This document shows, piece after piece, positions 53,343-59,420 of a stretch of 64,000 nt of DNA. The notes beneath the pieces were generated by a model. That model did no database searches. It was not told the origin of the DNA and was given only the letters and a program-made list of their open reading frames with translations. Positions within the stretch are counted from its first letter, which is position 1; each line of letters opens with the position of its first letter. This DNA comes from Octopus sinensis (Eukaryota), in contig NC_043012.1 in NCBI RefSeq assembly GCF_006345805.1, positions 55,676,001 through 55,740,000 on the forward strand. Direction: 5' to 3'. The translations under genes were made by a program, and so were the position numbers.

Positions 53343-54727
53343 GACGGGCTTCTTTCAGTTTCCGTCTACCAAATCCACTCACAAGGCTTTGGTCGGCCCG
53401 AGGCTATAGTAGAAGACACTTGCCCAAGGTGCCACGCAGTGGGACTGAACCCAGAACCATGTGGTTGGTAAACAAGCTACTCCTACGCCTATATAATTAT
53501 ATACAATGTAAGTGTGTGTGTGTGTGTGTATTAGAACATAAATACGAGTTTGGTCGTTCAAGCAGACTTCCTATATTTATTTCGACTGCGGCCCATTCCA
53601 CAGGTTTCTCTTTGCTGAGCCACCGTGTTGCGGGGACGTAAACAAACTAATACCAGTTGTCAAGCAATGAGAGAAACATACTCTTACTCTTTTACTCGTT
53701 TCAGTCATTTGACTGCGGCCATGCTGGAGCATCGTCTTTAGTCGAGCAAATCGATCCCAGGACTTATTCTTTGCAAGTCTAGTACTTATTCTATCGGTCT
53801 CTTTCGCCGAACCGCTAAGTTACTGGGACGTAAACACACCAACATCGGTTGTCAAGCGATGTTGGGGGAAACAAACACAGACACACATACATATATACGA
53901 CGAGCTTCTTTCAGTTTCCGTCTACCAAATCCACTCACAAAGATTTGGTCGGCCCGAGGCTATAGTAGAAGACACTTGCCCAAGGTGCTACGCAGTGGGA
54001 CTGAAACCAGAACCATGTGGTTGATAAGCAAGCTACAGGGTTGTTTTTTTCCCTGGTTTATCGCAATATTCTAATTTGATTTGATAATTTAAAATTTTAT
54101 TTTCTTTCCATATAGCTGTGTTCCTTAATGTAAGTTTTCTCTAGAAAAATTTACCTCAGAATGAATATATGAGGAATATGGCTGCCTGGTTCAAAGTTTA
54201 GTTCTCACTGCTTACTACCTTGGCCAAATGTCTTTTACCCTGAGCCAACTAATGGCTTCTGAATGAATTTGGTAAATGGAAACTGAAAGAAGCTGGTCTC
54301 TCTCTCGCGCGCGCGTGCGTGTGTGTGTGTGTGTTTACATTCTGCAATTTCATGAGTTACGGTGTTCTCTTGACATTTCCCTGTCAACAAATCCTCCAAT
54401 AGTTTAGCGCTTTTGAAAAATGCGTCGCATGAAAACTTCCAAGGATAATCGACAGGAAGGGCATCCGGCTGTAAAACAATATGTACCCGCCTTACCTATG
54501 CTAGCATATGAACAAAAAAAACTAGACGTAAATTCGAACGCACGAATGAATATATCATTTTCCACCTCAAAACTCCTAGTTCTTTTTTACCCTTTTAAAT
54601 TTTGCCCTCTCCCCTACTATCACCACCGTGCACTTTTTGTCTTTCCTTTGAGATGTGGGGGACACTTCGAGAGACAGTTATGCCGAAACTCTGCTCATAT
54701 AATTTATCACACACACACACACACACA

Positions 54728-54774
<47 letters not shown>

Positions 54775-56651
54775 AAGGGGCGCTTAATGTTGAAAATTTA
54801 AATCCCCAAAGCATGAAAATAATACCATTTGAAAATTCGAGCAACTTTACGAACCCTGCCTTCTATAGAAGGTCTTGGATTTAGAGGTGAAATGGGATAC
54901 TATTAAACTAAAACCGTATATAGTGTAGTTGTTTCTTTTTTCTTTTGTTTTGTTTCTGGATTCTTTTTTATCATTGATGGAAACCACTAGATTCTTGGAT
55001 TACCTTCATTTCGGATAACACTGGATCTGTTATTATTTTATGCTGTTAACATTGGTGTCTTTCCCAAGGGCGTTAACAGTTTAAGTAAAGCGAAACAGCT
55101 ACTAGCAGGAATCGAAACCAGCTTGGCGTGTGTTCTGTACGAAGGCAGGTCAAACCAGTGGTGATTATGCAGAGGGAGTTTTTCCCCCCGCCGCTCATGT
55201 ATTGGCCTCTTCCCCAACATTTCCCCTTCAGACATATACACCCTAGTTACGAGACCCAGTTTGCGTAGTTACACTAGAAAGAAAAAAAATCTGATTATTT
55301 TGCAGTTAGGAGGGTGGTACTGAAAGATGGCAGTCTCTTCGTTTGGATGGGAGGTGTTGTGAGTAATAATAATAATAAAGATTACAATAATACGGCTGTC
55401 AGCTTAGTCTCCCGCAACCTTTCTGAACAAAGTCAGTTGTCAGCGTGGGATATGTGTATTTATACATAGATGTGTGTGTGTGTGGACAAACTTGAGAGGA
55501 GTACACTGGTCGGTCTAGATAGTAGGATAGAAAGAAAATAACTATACAATTGAATTAACAGTATTGAAATTTGAAGAATCAAGGAGTCGAATAAAGTTCA
55601 TTATCATTATAGTTTTTTTTTTTTGTGTGTGTGTAGGAGAAGAATGTAGAAGCAATAATAGAGCAAGTGTGTAGCAGAAATTAGTTACTTAGGATCTGGA
55701 GGAGAAACAATAATTAACGGTTACAGGAAAGGAGCAGAATAACTTATCCCAACAAGTGTGTGTATAATATATATATATATATATATAATCGTTTAATATG
55801 TTTATATATATTCTGCAGAATTTATAAGTGTTCATTCGGTGAAAAGTGAAAGAATCTAATGGTTTGGACACTTGTCTTTCGGTGAAAAGGAATATATATG
55901 AACGAGCTGTCGTATCGGTTGGAAAATTTTTTACTATATTTTATTATTATCTGCTCTAGCTGTGTATGCTTAAACATAAAATAAACACTTGTTCGTTGAT
56001 GTTTAGCTCCAGATCAGCCTTCATCATGCGGACTCGTAAATTGAAAAGCATGCCAACCGCGACCATCCCGACATTGTTATATTTAACGCTACATTGCCGA
56101 TGTATATGTAGTATTTCATTAAGACTGCAGTGTGCGTAATTAGATAGAAATTGGTTGCTATTACTAACAGGGTAAGCGACCACAACGATGCTCCGTCGTA
56201 GTGTGTTGCTAGTATTTAGCACATTTATTTTCGAATGAAAGAAAGCAGAAATAGAAGTGTTTAGAATAATTCTATATCGAAACGAAGTTTACACGAAAAT
56301 GAGAGGGGAAGAGAGAGAGAAAGAGGAGAACAGGTGTTAGCCCCTATCGAGCAAGCAGACCCAAGATCGAAACCGTTCCAAACGTGACCATCTAGTTTTA
56401 TCCTCGGGTATAGTGCATGACTGCTTTATCAAATGTGTCCCTCAGTTTATTATTTTATCAAGACGACTGAATATGATTTGAGGGAGATTTTACTAACATT
56501 TCCAGCAGGTCTTTACTACATGACTGTAGAGCTAGATACCACTTCTACCCCGTTGGCTGGAACAGATTTCTAAAATAAGACAATAACGTGAAACTAACAC
56601 AGAAAAAAAAAAAAAGAGAAAAAAACAAACAAACAGGTGCGCTATTACGTG

Positions 56652-56698
<47 letters not shown>

Positions 56699-57312
56699 AA
56701 TGTAGACACTTGACATTAATTATTATTTGAAGGATACTAATAGTAATTTAGTAGCAGAGAAAGTGAGAGCGAGATAGAGTGAGAGGCGGGTGAGCAGACA
56801 TCAATAGAAAGGTCGGTGGTTGTCGACAAATTTTTCATTCCTAACACCGGCCAAACGATTAACAACCCCAAATGTTAAAAGAATAAGCATCTATGCTTCT
56901 TTTAAACACCTTTTCCGTCTAATGACAAACAGCTAAGGACGTGGAGTTCACACTTACCTATGTTCACAATACGGATTCCTTCATCTTCTTCCAGAAACTT
57001 CAAGACCCTAGTAACGTTTTCGAGCTTCTGTGTTCGGAAGTTCGGCTTCTTGTTGATAAATTTGAATTTTTTGCTAGAGAGCACTTCAACGAGAGCAATA
57101 AGCCTTAAACCATCCGATAAATCCGTTTCCAGATCCATTAGTTGCTTGCTGACCGTTTTCAGGTGCTCGTTGGCCCATCTTGTAAAAGTGTTCTTTTGAA
57201 TTAGCTTCCATTGCGCATCATCGGCAAGATCTCTCTCAGTAGCCGGCATGTCCTCGTCGTCCTCGTCGTAATCTTCGTCGTCGTCGTAATAAGCCTCACT
57301 TTGACTAGCCAT
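186..57312 (-). CDS. FLNA: Filamin (filamin-A/cheerio-like), 5' part: 18 coding exons, ABD (CH1+CH2) plus about 11 Ig-like filamin repeats; continues beyond left edge
   Basis: Joined exons translate to filamin hallmarks: [62 protein letters not shown], then repeats opening with [16 protein letters not shown] and closing with IPxSPF. All 17 internal introns are GT-AG with compatible phases; total 3959 nt. FLNA is used as the family label; this is an invertebrate homolog. Confidence 0.97.
1193..1366 (-). CDS. FLNA: Filamin coding exon 17 ([23 protein letters not shown]...VTDKF)
   Basis: Read manually. Acceptor TCTTTCAG, donor G|GTAAAA; 174 nt, phase 1-1. Confidence 0.91.
1866..2137 (+). mobile_element. 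SINE family D copy (another at about 11905-12097)
   Basis: TTCTTGAGCAAGACACTTTATT...GCTCCAGTTCAC...GGTCATTCATGAC shared with 11905-12097, whose head has TGGCTCATTGG (A-box-like). Confidence 0.7.
2274..2486 (-). CDS. FLNA: Filamin coding exon 16 (GLERGITNK...DKHIP)
   Basis: Acceptor TTTCCAG, donor G|GTAAGT; 213 nt, phase 1-1. Confidence 0.93.
2556..2862. mobile_element. hAT-type MITE (307 bp)
   Basis: TIRs CAGGCATGTCACAC / GTTTGATATGCCTG (12/14); 8-bp flanks CTATAAAC / CTATAAAT. Confidence 0.82.
2930..3235 (+). mobile_element. SINE family B copy
   Basis: GGTTCATTCCCACTGTGTGGCACCTTGGGCAAG...GAAACTGACAGAAGCCC...(GT)n...GCTCCAGCATGGCCACAGTCAAATGA. Confidence 0.75.
3643..3753 (-). CDS. FLNA: Filamin coding exon 15 (GPYAVDISY...KVKAYGP)
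   Basis: Acceptor ATTTTAG, donor G|GTAAGA; 111 nt, phase 1-1. Confidence 0.93.
3865..4022 (+). mobile_element. Family-C retroposon fragment
   Basis: GGCATTAGGAAGGGCATCCAGCTGTAG...CCAACCCATGCTAGCATGGAAAGCGGACGTTAAAC(GAT)n. Further diverged copies at about 1614-1790 (-), 4407-4790 (-), 16490-16697 (+), 26920-27075 (+), 31895-32040 (-), 45003-45180 (+), 45383-45483 (-). Confidence 0.8.
4508..4710 (-). mobile_element. tRNA-derived SINE family A, nested in a family-C repeat
   Basis: Reverse complement of head GGCG..GAGCTGGCAGAAACGTTAGC...GAGTTCAAATT (A/B-box-like); TTTCCT on both sides. Confidence 0.8.
5194..5367 (-). CDS. FLNA: Filamin coding exon 14 ([14 protein letters not shown]...YMPIEQ)
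   Basis: Acceptor TTTTTGTGCAG, donor G|GTAAAT; 174 nt, phase 1-1. Confidence 0.92.
6110..6230 (+). mobile_element. Penelope-like element terminal remnant with decayed minimal hammerhead motif
   Basis: CTTT-CTGTAGA-A-GAGC-GTAG-GCTC-AAAAC-GT-A-AAAG geometry at 6110-6145. Confidence 0.55.
6341..6753. repeat. Inverted repeat with arms of about 120 bp (6341-6460 / 6632-6753), Penelope pLTR-like
   Basis: Arms are reverse complements (CCTCAGCTGCATAAA / TTTATGCAGCTGAGG; ATCAAAATAAGCAAC / GTTGCTTATTTTGAT) around a spacer of about 170 bp. Confidence 0.85.
6865..7183. repeat. Compound minisatellite: six ATCTCTTTATACCTATCATTTTATT units separated by variable (TA)n
   Basis: Units begin near 6901, 6941, 6985, 7027, 7090 and 7143. 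Confidence 0.9.
10017..10586 (-). CDS. FLNA: Filamin coding exon 13 ([13 protein letters not shown]...YGPGVEKT)
   Basis: Acceptor TTGTTTAG, donor G|GTAAAC; 570 nt, phase 1-1. Confidence 0.92.
11169..11393 (-). CDS. FLNA: Filamin coding exon 12 (GDVAISLT...KVRVEGLEK)
   Basis: Acceptor AATTTAG, donor A|GTAAGT; 225 nt, phase 1-1. Confidence 0.92.
12836..12947 (-). CDS. FLNA: Filamin coding exon 11 ([37 protein letters not shown])
   Basis: Not in the ORF track; read manually. Acceptor TTCTTACAG, donor G|GTAAGA; 112 nt, phase 0-1. Confidence 0.91.
13106..13316 (+). mobile_element. SINE family A copy (diverged)
   Basis: GCTGGCAGAATCGTTAGC...GAGTTCAAATTCC...TTGCCTTTCATCCTTTC shared with other copies. 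Confidence 0.75.
15003..15260 (-). CDS. FLNA: Filamin coding exon 10 (VVAFGPG...IPKSPFR)
   Basis: Acceptor TTTTTTAG, donor AGA|GTAAGT; 258 nt, phase 0-0. Confidence 0.93.
16712..16905 (-). CDS. FLNA: Filamin coding exon 9 ([20 protein letters not shown]...DFDPLK)
   Basis: Acceptor GGACAG, donor AAG|GTGAGA; 194 nt, phase 1-0. Confidence 0.93.
17683..17968 (-). mobile_element. Family-C retroposon 3' end with (GAT)n tail
   Basis: (CAT)n-CGTTTAACGTCCGCTTTCCATGCTAGCATGGGTTGG...GGATGCCCTTCCTAA; near-identical inverted copy at 38574-38897; orientation inferred from the tail. Confidence 0.8.
18465..18722 (-). CDS. FLNA: Filamin coding exon 8 (GNANEPVS...GETGAL)
   Basis: Acceptor TTTTACCAG, donor G|GTACAT; 258 nt, phase 1-1. 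Confidence 0.92.
19659..19796 (-). CDS. FLNA: Filamin coding exon 7 ([46 protein letters not shown])
   Basis: Not in the ORF track; read manually. Acceptor TTAATAG, donor G|GTAATT; 138 nt, phase 1-1; repeat-3 signature GRGxQPKGxRV. Confidence 0.92.
19935..20135 (-). CDS. FLNA: Filamin coding exon 6 (DAGEGPVG...SPISVTIST)
   Basis: Acceptor TTTGATAG, donor G|GTGAGT; 201 nt, phase 1-1. Confidence 0.92.
20366..20603 (-). CDS. FLNA: Filamin coding exon 5 (CEVVFNQDK...HFTISLK)
   Basis: Acceptor TTTTCAG, donor G|GTAAGT; 238 nt; IPKSPF and [11 protein letters not shown] motifs. Confidence 0.93.
21488..21754 (-). CDS. FLNA: Filamin coding exon 4, functional copy (LIKPAEM...PKGQKEP; end of CH2 and start of repeat 1)
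   Basis: Acceptor CTACAG, donor CCA|GTGAGT; 267 nt, phase 0-0, open frame. Confidence 0.94.
22294..22607 (-). mobile_element. Non-autonomous Helitron, 3' end intact, 5' end truncated
   Basis: Minus strand ends CCTG-AGCAATGC-CGGG hairpin + 8 nt + CTAG followed by T; the empty site in copy B reads A|T (24635/24636); contains AACCGATTCTGATGAAACTTG, typical of short Helitron derivatives; no 5' TC seen. Confidence 0.72.
22608..22867 (-). pseudogene. Duplicated exon 4 (pseudo-exon): acceptor intact, donor lost, premature TAA at 22753-22751
   Basis: Near-identical to 21493-21754; substitutions A>E, C>R, A>S; loss of CT turns CGT CTT AAC into CGT TAA; last 5 nt and the donor are replaced by Helitron sequence. 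Confidence 0.9.
23246..24473 (-). mobile_element. 5'-truncated CR1/L2-group LINE with open RT C-terminal frame (about 24472 to 23324)
   Basis: RT motifs [54 protein letters not shown]; (ATT)n 3' tail; TTATG duplicated at 23241-23245 and 24474-24478. Confidence 0.93.
25349..25446 (-). CDS. FLNA: Filamin coding exon 3 ([33 protein letters not shown])
   Basis: Not in the ORF track; read manually. Acceptor TTTAATTAG, donor CAA|GTAAGT; 98 nt; matches CH2 GLCPDW...WLxxPQ. Confidence 0.93.
26245..26496 (-). CDS. FLNA: Filamin coding exon 2 ([18 protein letters not shown]...DACGP)
   Basis: Acceptor TTTTCAG, donor G|GTAAAA; 252 nt, phase 1-1; ABS motif [14 protein letters not shown]. Confidence 0.95.
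27706..28047. mobile_element. hAT (Charlie-like) MITE (342 bp)
   Basis: TIRs CAGTGGTTCTCAGC / GTTGAGAACTACAG (11/14); 8-bp flanks CTTTACAT / CTTTACAC. Confidence 0.8.
29764..29997 (+). mobile_element. SINE family A, full length
   Basis: Same head, core TTTGCCTTTCATCCTTTCGGGGTC and tail AGCCCCTTGTGGG...AATAAGAAA as 35188 and 38078. Confidence 0.85.
30764..30981. mobile_element. piggyBac-type MITE (218 bp)
   Basis: TTAA on both sides (30760-30763, 30982-30985); TIRs CCCTTTCATTAC / GTAACGAAAGGG (11/12). Confidence 0.85.
33540..34060. repeat. Polypurine minisatellite (unit about AGAAGAGAAAGAAAAGAGAGAG, 20-24 bp)
   Basis: No C or T between 33566 and 33936 (371 nt). Confidence 0.95.
34178..34187. 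promoter_or_regulatory. Perfect CArG box CCATATAAGG (candidate SRF site in the long intron)
   Basis: Matches CC(A/T)6GG; near-match CCATGTAAGG at 33262-33271; several such sites are expected by chance in this AT-rich window. Confidence 0.25.
35188..35422 (+). mobile_element. SINE family A, full length, nested in a family-B SINE (about 35000-35670)
   Basis: Family-B sequence resumes after the insertion; flanks GAAATTGAA / GAAACAGAA resemble a decayed TSD. Confidence 0.8.
36985..37160 (-). mobile_element. Possible L2/CR1 LINE 3' remnant
   Basis: Minus-strand translation gives PTLWNSF...FKRNISRM, resembling the LWNSLP...FK terminus of L2/CR1 ORF2; heavily decayed. Confidence 0.35.
38078..38302 (+). 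mobile_element. SINE family A, full length
   Basis: High similarity to 29764-29997 and 35188-35422. Confidence 0.85.
38574..38897 (+). mobile_element. Family-C retroposon 3' end with (GAT)n tail
   Basis: Reverse complement of 17683-17968. Confidence 0.8.
39711..39963. mobile_element. hAT-type MITE (253 bp) nested in a family-B SINE
   Basis: TIRs CTGCGCTGTGGAGTC / GATTCCACAGCCCTG (12/15); internal GGAGTC(A/G)GA repeats; decayed 8-bp flanks TCAATCCC / TCGACCAC. Confidence 0.7.
42166..42506 (+). mobile_element. SINE family B, near full length
   Basis: tRNA-like head GCTGTGTGGTAAG...GGTTCAGTCCC; tail AAACAAGTAAAAGAG. Confidence 0.82.
43005..43158. mobile_element. Possible degenerate hAT-like MITE
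   Basis: Ends CAGAGCTGTTTTAA and CTAAGATGGCCT resemble a CAGGGCCGTCTTAA-type inverted pair; TSD not established. Confidence 0.35.
49553..49700 (+). repeat. Interspersed repeat family G (GAGGGAGATTTGGCTGCTATTTCTAGCAG core)
   Basis: Diverged copies also at about 12570-12750, 19250-19390, 25670-25790, 56375-56515, 59965-60112 and, inverted, 15935-16030; class unknown. Confidence 0.6.
50500..51750 (-). mobile_element. Possible very old L1/Tx1-like LINE relic
   Basis: Non-simple, coding-like composition; broken frames give [10 protein letters not shown] and [12 protein letters not shown], reminiscent of Tx1-type ORF2 C-termini; no catalytic motif seen. Confidence 0.25.
53091..53490 (-). mobile_element. 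SINE family B, full length
   Basis: Reverse complement of the 42166-42506 type; CpGs largely intact. Confidence 0.85.
53681..54036 (-). mobile_element. SINE family B, full length, same orientation as 53091-53490
   Basis: Near-identical to 53091-53490. Confidence 0.85.
54706..54772. repeat. (CA)n microsatellite
   Basis: Direct reading; many shorter (CA)n/(TA)n tracts occur throughout. Confidence 0.9.
56958..57312 (-). CDS. FLNA: Filamin coding exon 1 (MASQSEAYY...GIRIVNI; CH1)
   Basis: ATG at 57312 with in-frame TAA five codons upstream; CH1 motifs; donor AG|GTAAGT (GT at 56957-56956), phase 1. Confidence 0.95.
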
Positions 57313-57530
57313 AGTGACAGCCGTTTATTTATATATACTAACAAGTGGCTGCTGCTGATGCCTTCCGAAACTTGACGGAATAAACCGAAGAGAGTGAGTG
57401 CGAGAGAGAAATTCGTCTGCTAAACTTCCGAAGATGTTCTTGTGAATTTGTTCTGGTTTTTCTTAAAAAGCCGAGTCTTTTAATTTTAGTTTTGGTGTTT
57501 TTTGGTGTTTGGTGTTTGCTTTGCCCAGGT
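57313..57530 (-). other. 5' UTR part of the first coding exon
   Basis: Long T-tract plus TTTCAG acceptor (AG at 57532-57531) lies 218 nt upstream of the ATG; no upstream ATG in between. Confidence 0.65.
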
Positions 57531-57724
57531 CTGAAATTACAAGAACAAAAAAAAAAAATAGACATCAATATATATTTATTTTATATATTTAAAAAATAAT
57601 TAAAATATGACAAAAATTGTTATAAAATTAAATTTATTTACAAAAACACCTCCATTCTTATTTATTTTGATTTTAGTATTTTAGCGCGTCGGAAAAAAAT
57701 GCTTTATGGTATTTCTTCCCGCTC

Positions 57725-58111
57725 TTTACGATCTGAGTTCAAATTCCACACAGGTCAAGTTTACTTTTATTCGTTCGCGGGGAAGGGGTCAATAAAATAA
57801 AGTACCAGTCACGTACTCGGGTTGATGGTTTCGGCTACCCCACCCACTCAAATTTACGATCTGAGTTCAAATTCCACACAGGTCAAGTTTACTTTTATTC
57901 GTTCGCGGGGAAGGAGTCAATAAAATAAAGTACCAGTCACGTACTCGGGTTGATGGTTTCGGCTACCCCACCCACTCAAATTTACGATCTGAGTTCAAAT
58001 TCCACACAGGTCAAGTTTACTTTTATTCGTTCGCGGGGAAGGGGTCAATAAAATAAAGTACCAGTCACGTACTCGGGTTGATGGTTTCGGCTACCCCACC
58101 CACTCAAATTT
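57725..58111 (+). repeat. 3 x 128-bp tandem repeat inside a diverged family-A SINE
   Basis: Units start at 57725, 57853 and 57981; one visible difference (GGGGTC vs GGAGTC); each unit has GAGTTCAAATTCC. Confidence 0.93.
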
Positions 58112-58764
58112 GCCAGCCCTGTACCTAAATCAAAAACAATATTTTACTTCAAAATAACACTAAATTTTTTGAATATTTTTTTTTTTATTTACTAGAAATA
58201 TTTTTATTTACTGGAAATATTTTTATTTCTATTTTTATAAAAAAAATATAGGCGTAAGCAGGAAATAGCTGTTGGAATCTCGTCACTTATTGAATTGGCT
58301 AGTTGTTGTGTGATCTTAGTGCAGATGTGTGATAATGTAAGAGGGGATAGGTCTTGTGAACTTCATATTATTAAACAAACTATTCGACACCAAGGAGTTG
58401 GTGCAATTATTGTTTAATTCTAGGATATTAGTAAGGGGAGAAACAGAACACCTGAAGTTTACTTCAAAATTTTATTTTATTTTATTTTTTATTTTATTTA
58501 TTTACATTTTGAAGATAGCAGGGTATTCAGGAGCCGGGTTAGGGGATGCCTCGCACTTTTACTCCCACTAGTCATGAAGGAAGGGGCTGTGAAGGATCAT
58601 GGGCGTTGCCCCTCTTCCTCTGACTAAGCCACGCGCGCGCGTACTCTCACACATACACACACACCTACGCACACGACATACCTACACGCATAATACACCT
58701 ACACACGCAGAGAAATGTACGTGTGTATAGGTATCTATATACACACTAAGTATATATATATATA

Positions 58765-59076
58765 TCACTGTGATCGTCGTGACCGACCAGGCTATCAGAT
58801 GTTGCTACACATCGCTGGTCACAATGCGTTTCGCATTGTTTTAGCCTTCAAATGACGCCATCCCGCTGGCTAAGCGAGCAGGCCAACAGAAGAAAGAGTG
58901 AGAGAAAGTTGTGGCGAAAGAGTACAGCAGGGATCGCCACCAGCCCCTGCCAGAGCCTCATGGAGATTTAGGTGTTTTCGCTCAATAAACACTCAGAACG
59001 CCCGGTCTGGGAATCGAAACCGCGATCCTATGATCGCAAGTCTGCTGGCCTAACCACTGAGCCATTGCGCCTCCAC
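58765..59076 (-). mobile_element. tRNA-derived SINE family E
   Basis: Minus strand head GGCGCAATGGCTCAGTGGTTAGG...GGTTTCGATTCCC (A and B boxes) followed by about 240 nt of non-tRNA body; related fragment at 63955-64000. Confidence 0.78.
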
Positions 59077-59112
59077 ACACACACAAACAGACATACACAC
59101 ACACACACACAC

Positions 59113-59114
<2 letters not shown>

Positions 59115-59203
<89 letters not shown>

Positions 59204-59255
59204 CGGACGGACGGATGGATGGATGGATAGATAGATGATAGATAGATAGATAGAC

Positions 59256-59286
<31 letters not shown>

Positions 59287-59307
59287 CAGACGGATGGATG
59301 GATGGAT

Positions 59308-59378
<71 letters not shown>

Positions 59379-59388
59379 GCATATAGGT
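59115..59388. repeat. (AGAT)n/(GGAT)n/(GGAC)n tetranucleotide microsatellite
   Basis: Direct reading. Confidence 0.95.
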
Positions 59389-59389
59389 A

Positions 59390-59420
<31 letters not shown>

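Noticed and set aside
57725-58111. Regularly spaced repeats as a CRISPR array
   Set aside because: Contiguous 128-bp units with no unique spacers; eukaryotic context; no cas genes.
59000-59076. tRNA-like sequence with A and B boxes
   Set aside because: It continues into a non-tRNA body and lacks a complete cloverleaf, so it is a SINE head rather than a tRNA gene; the same applies to families A, B and D.
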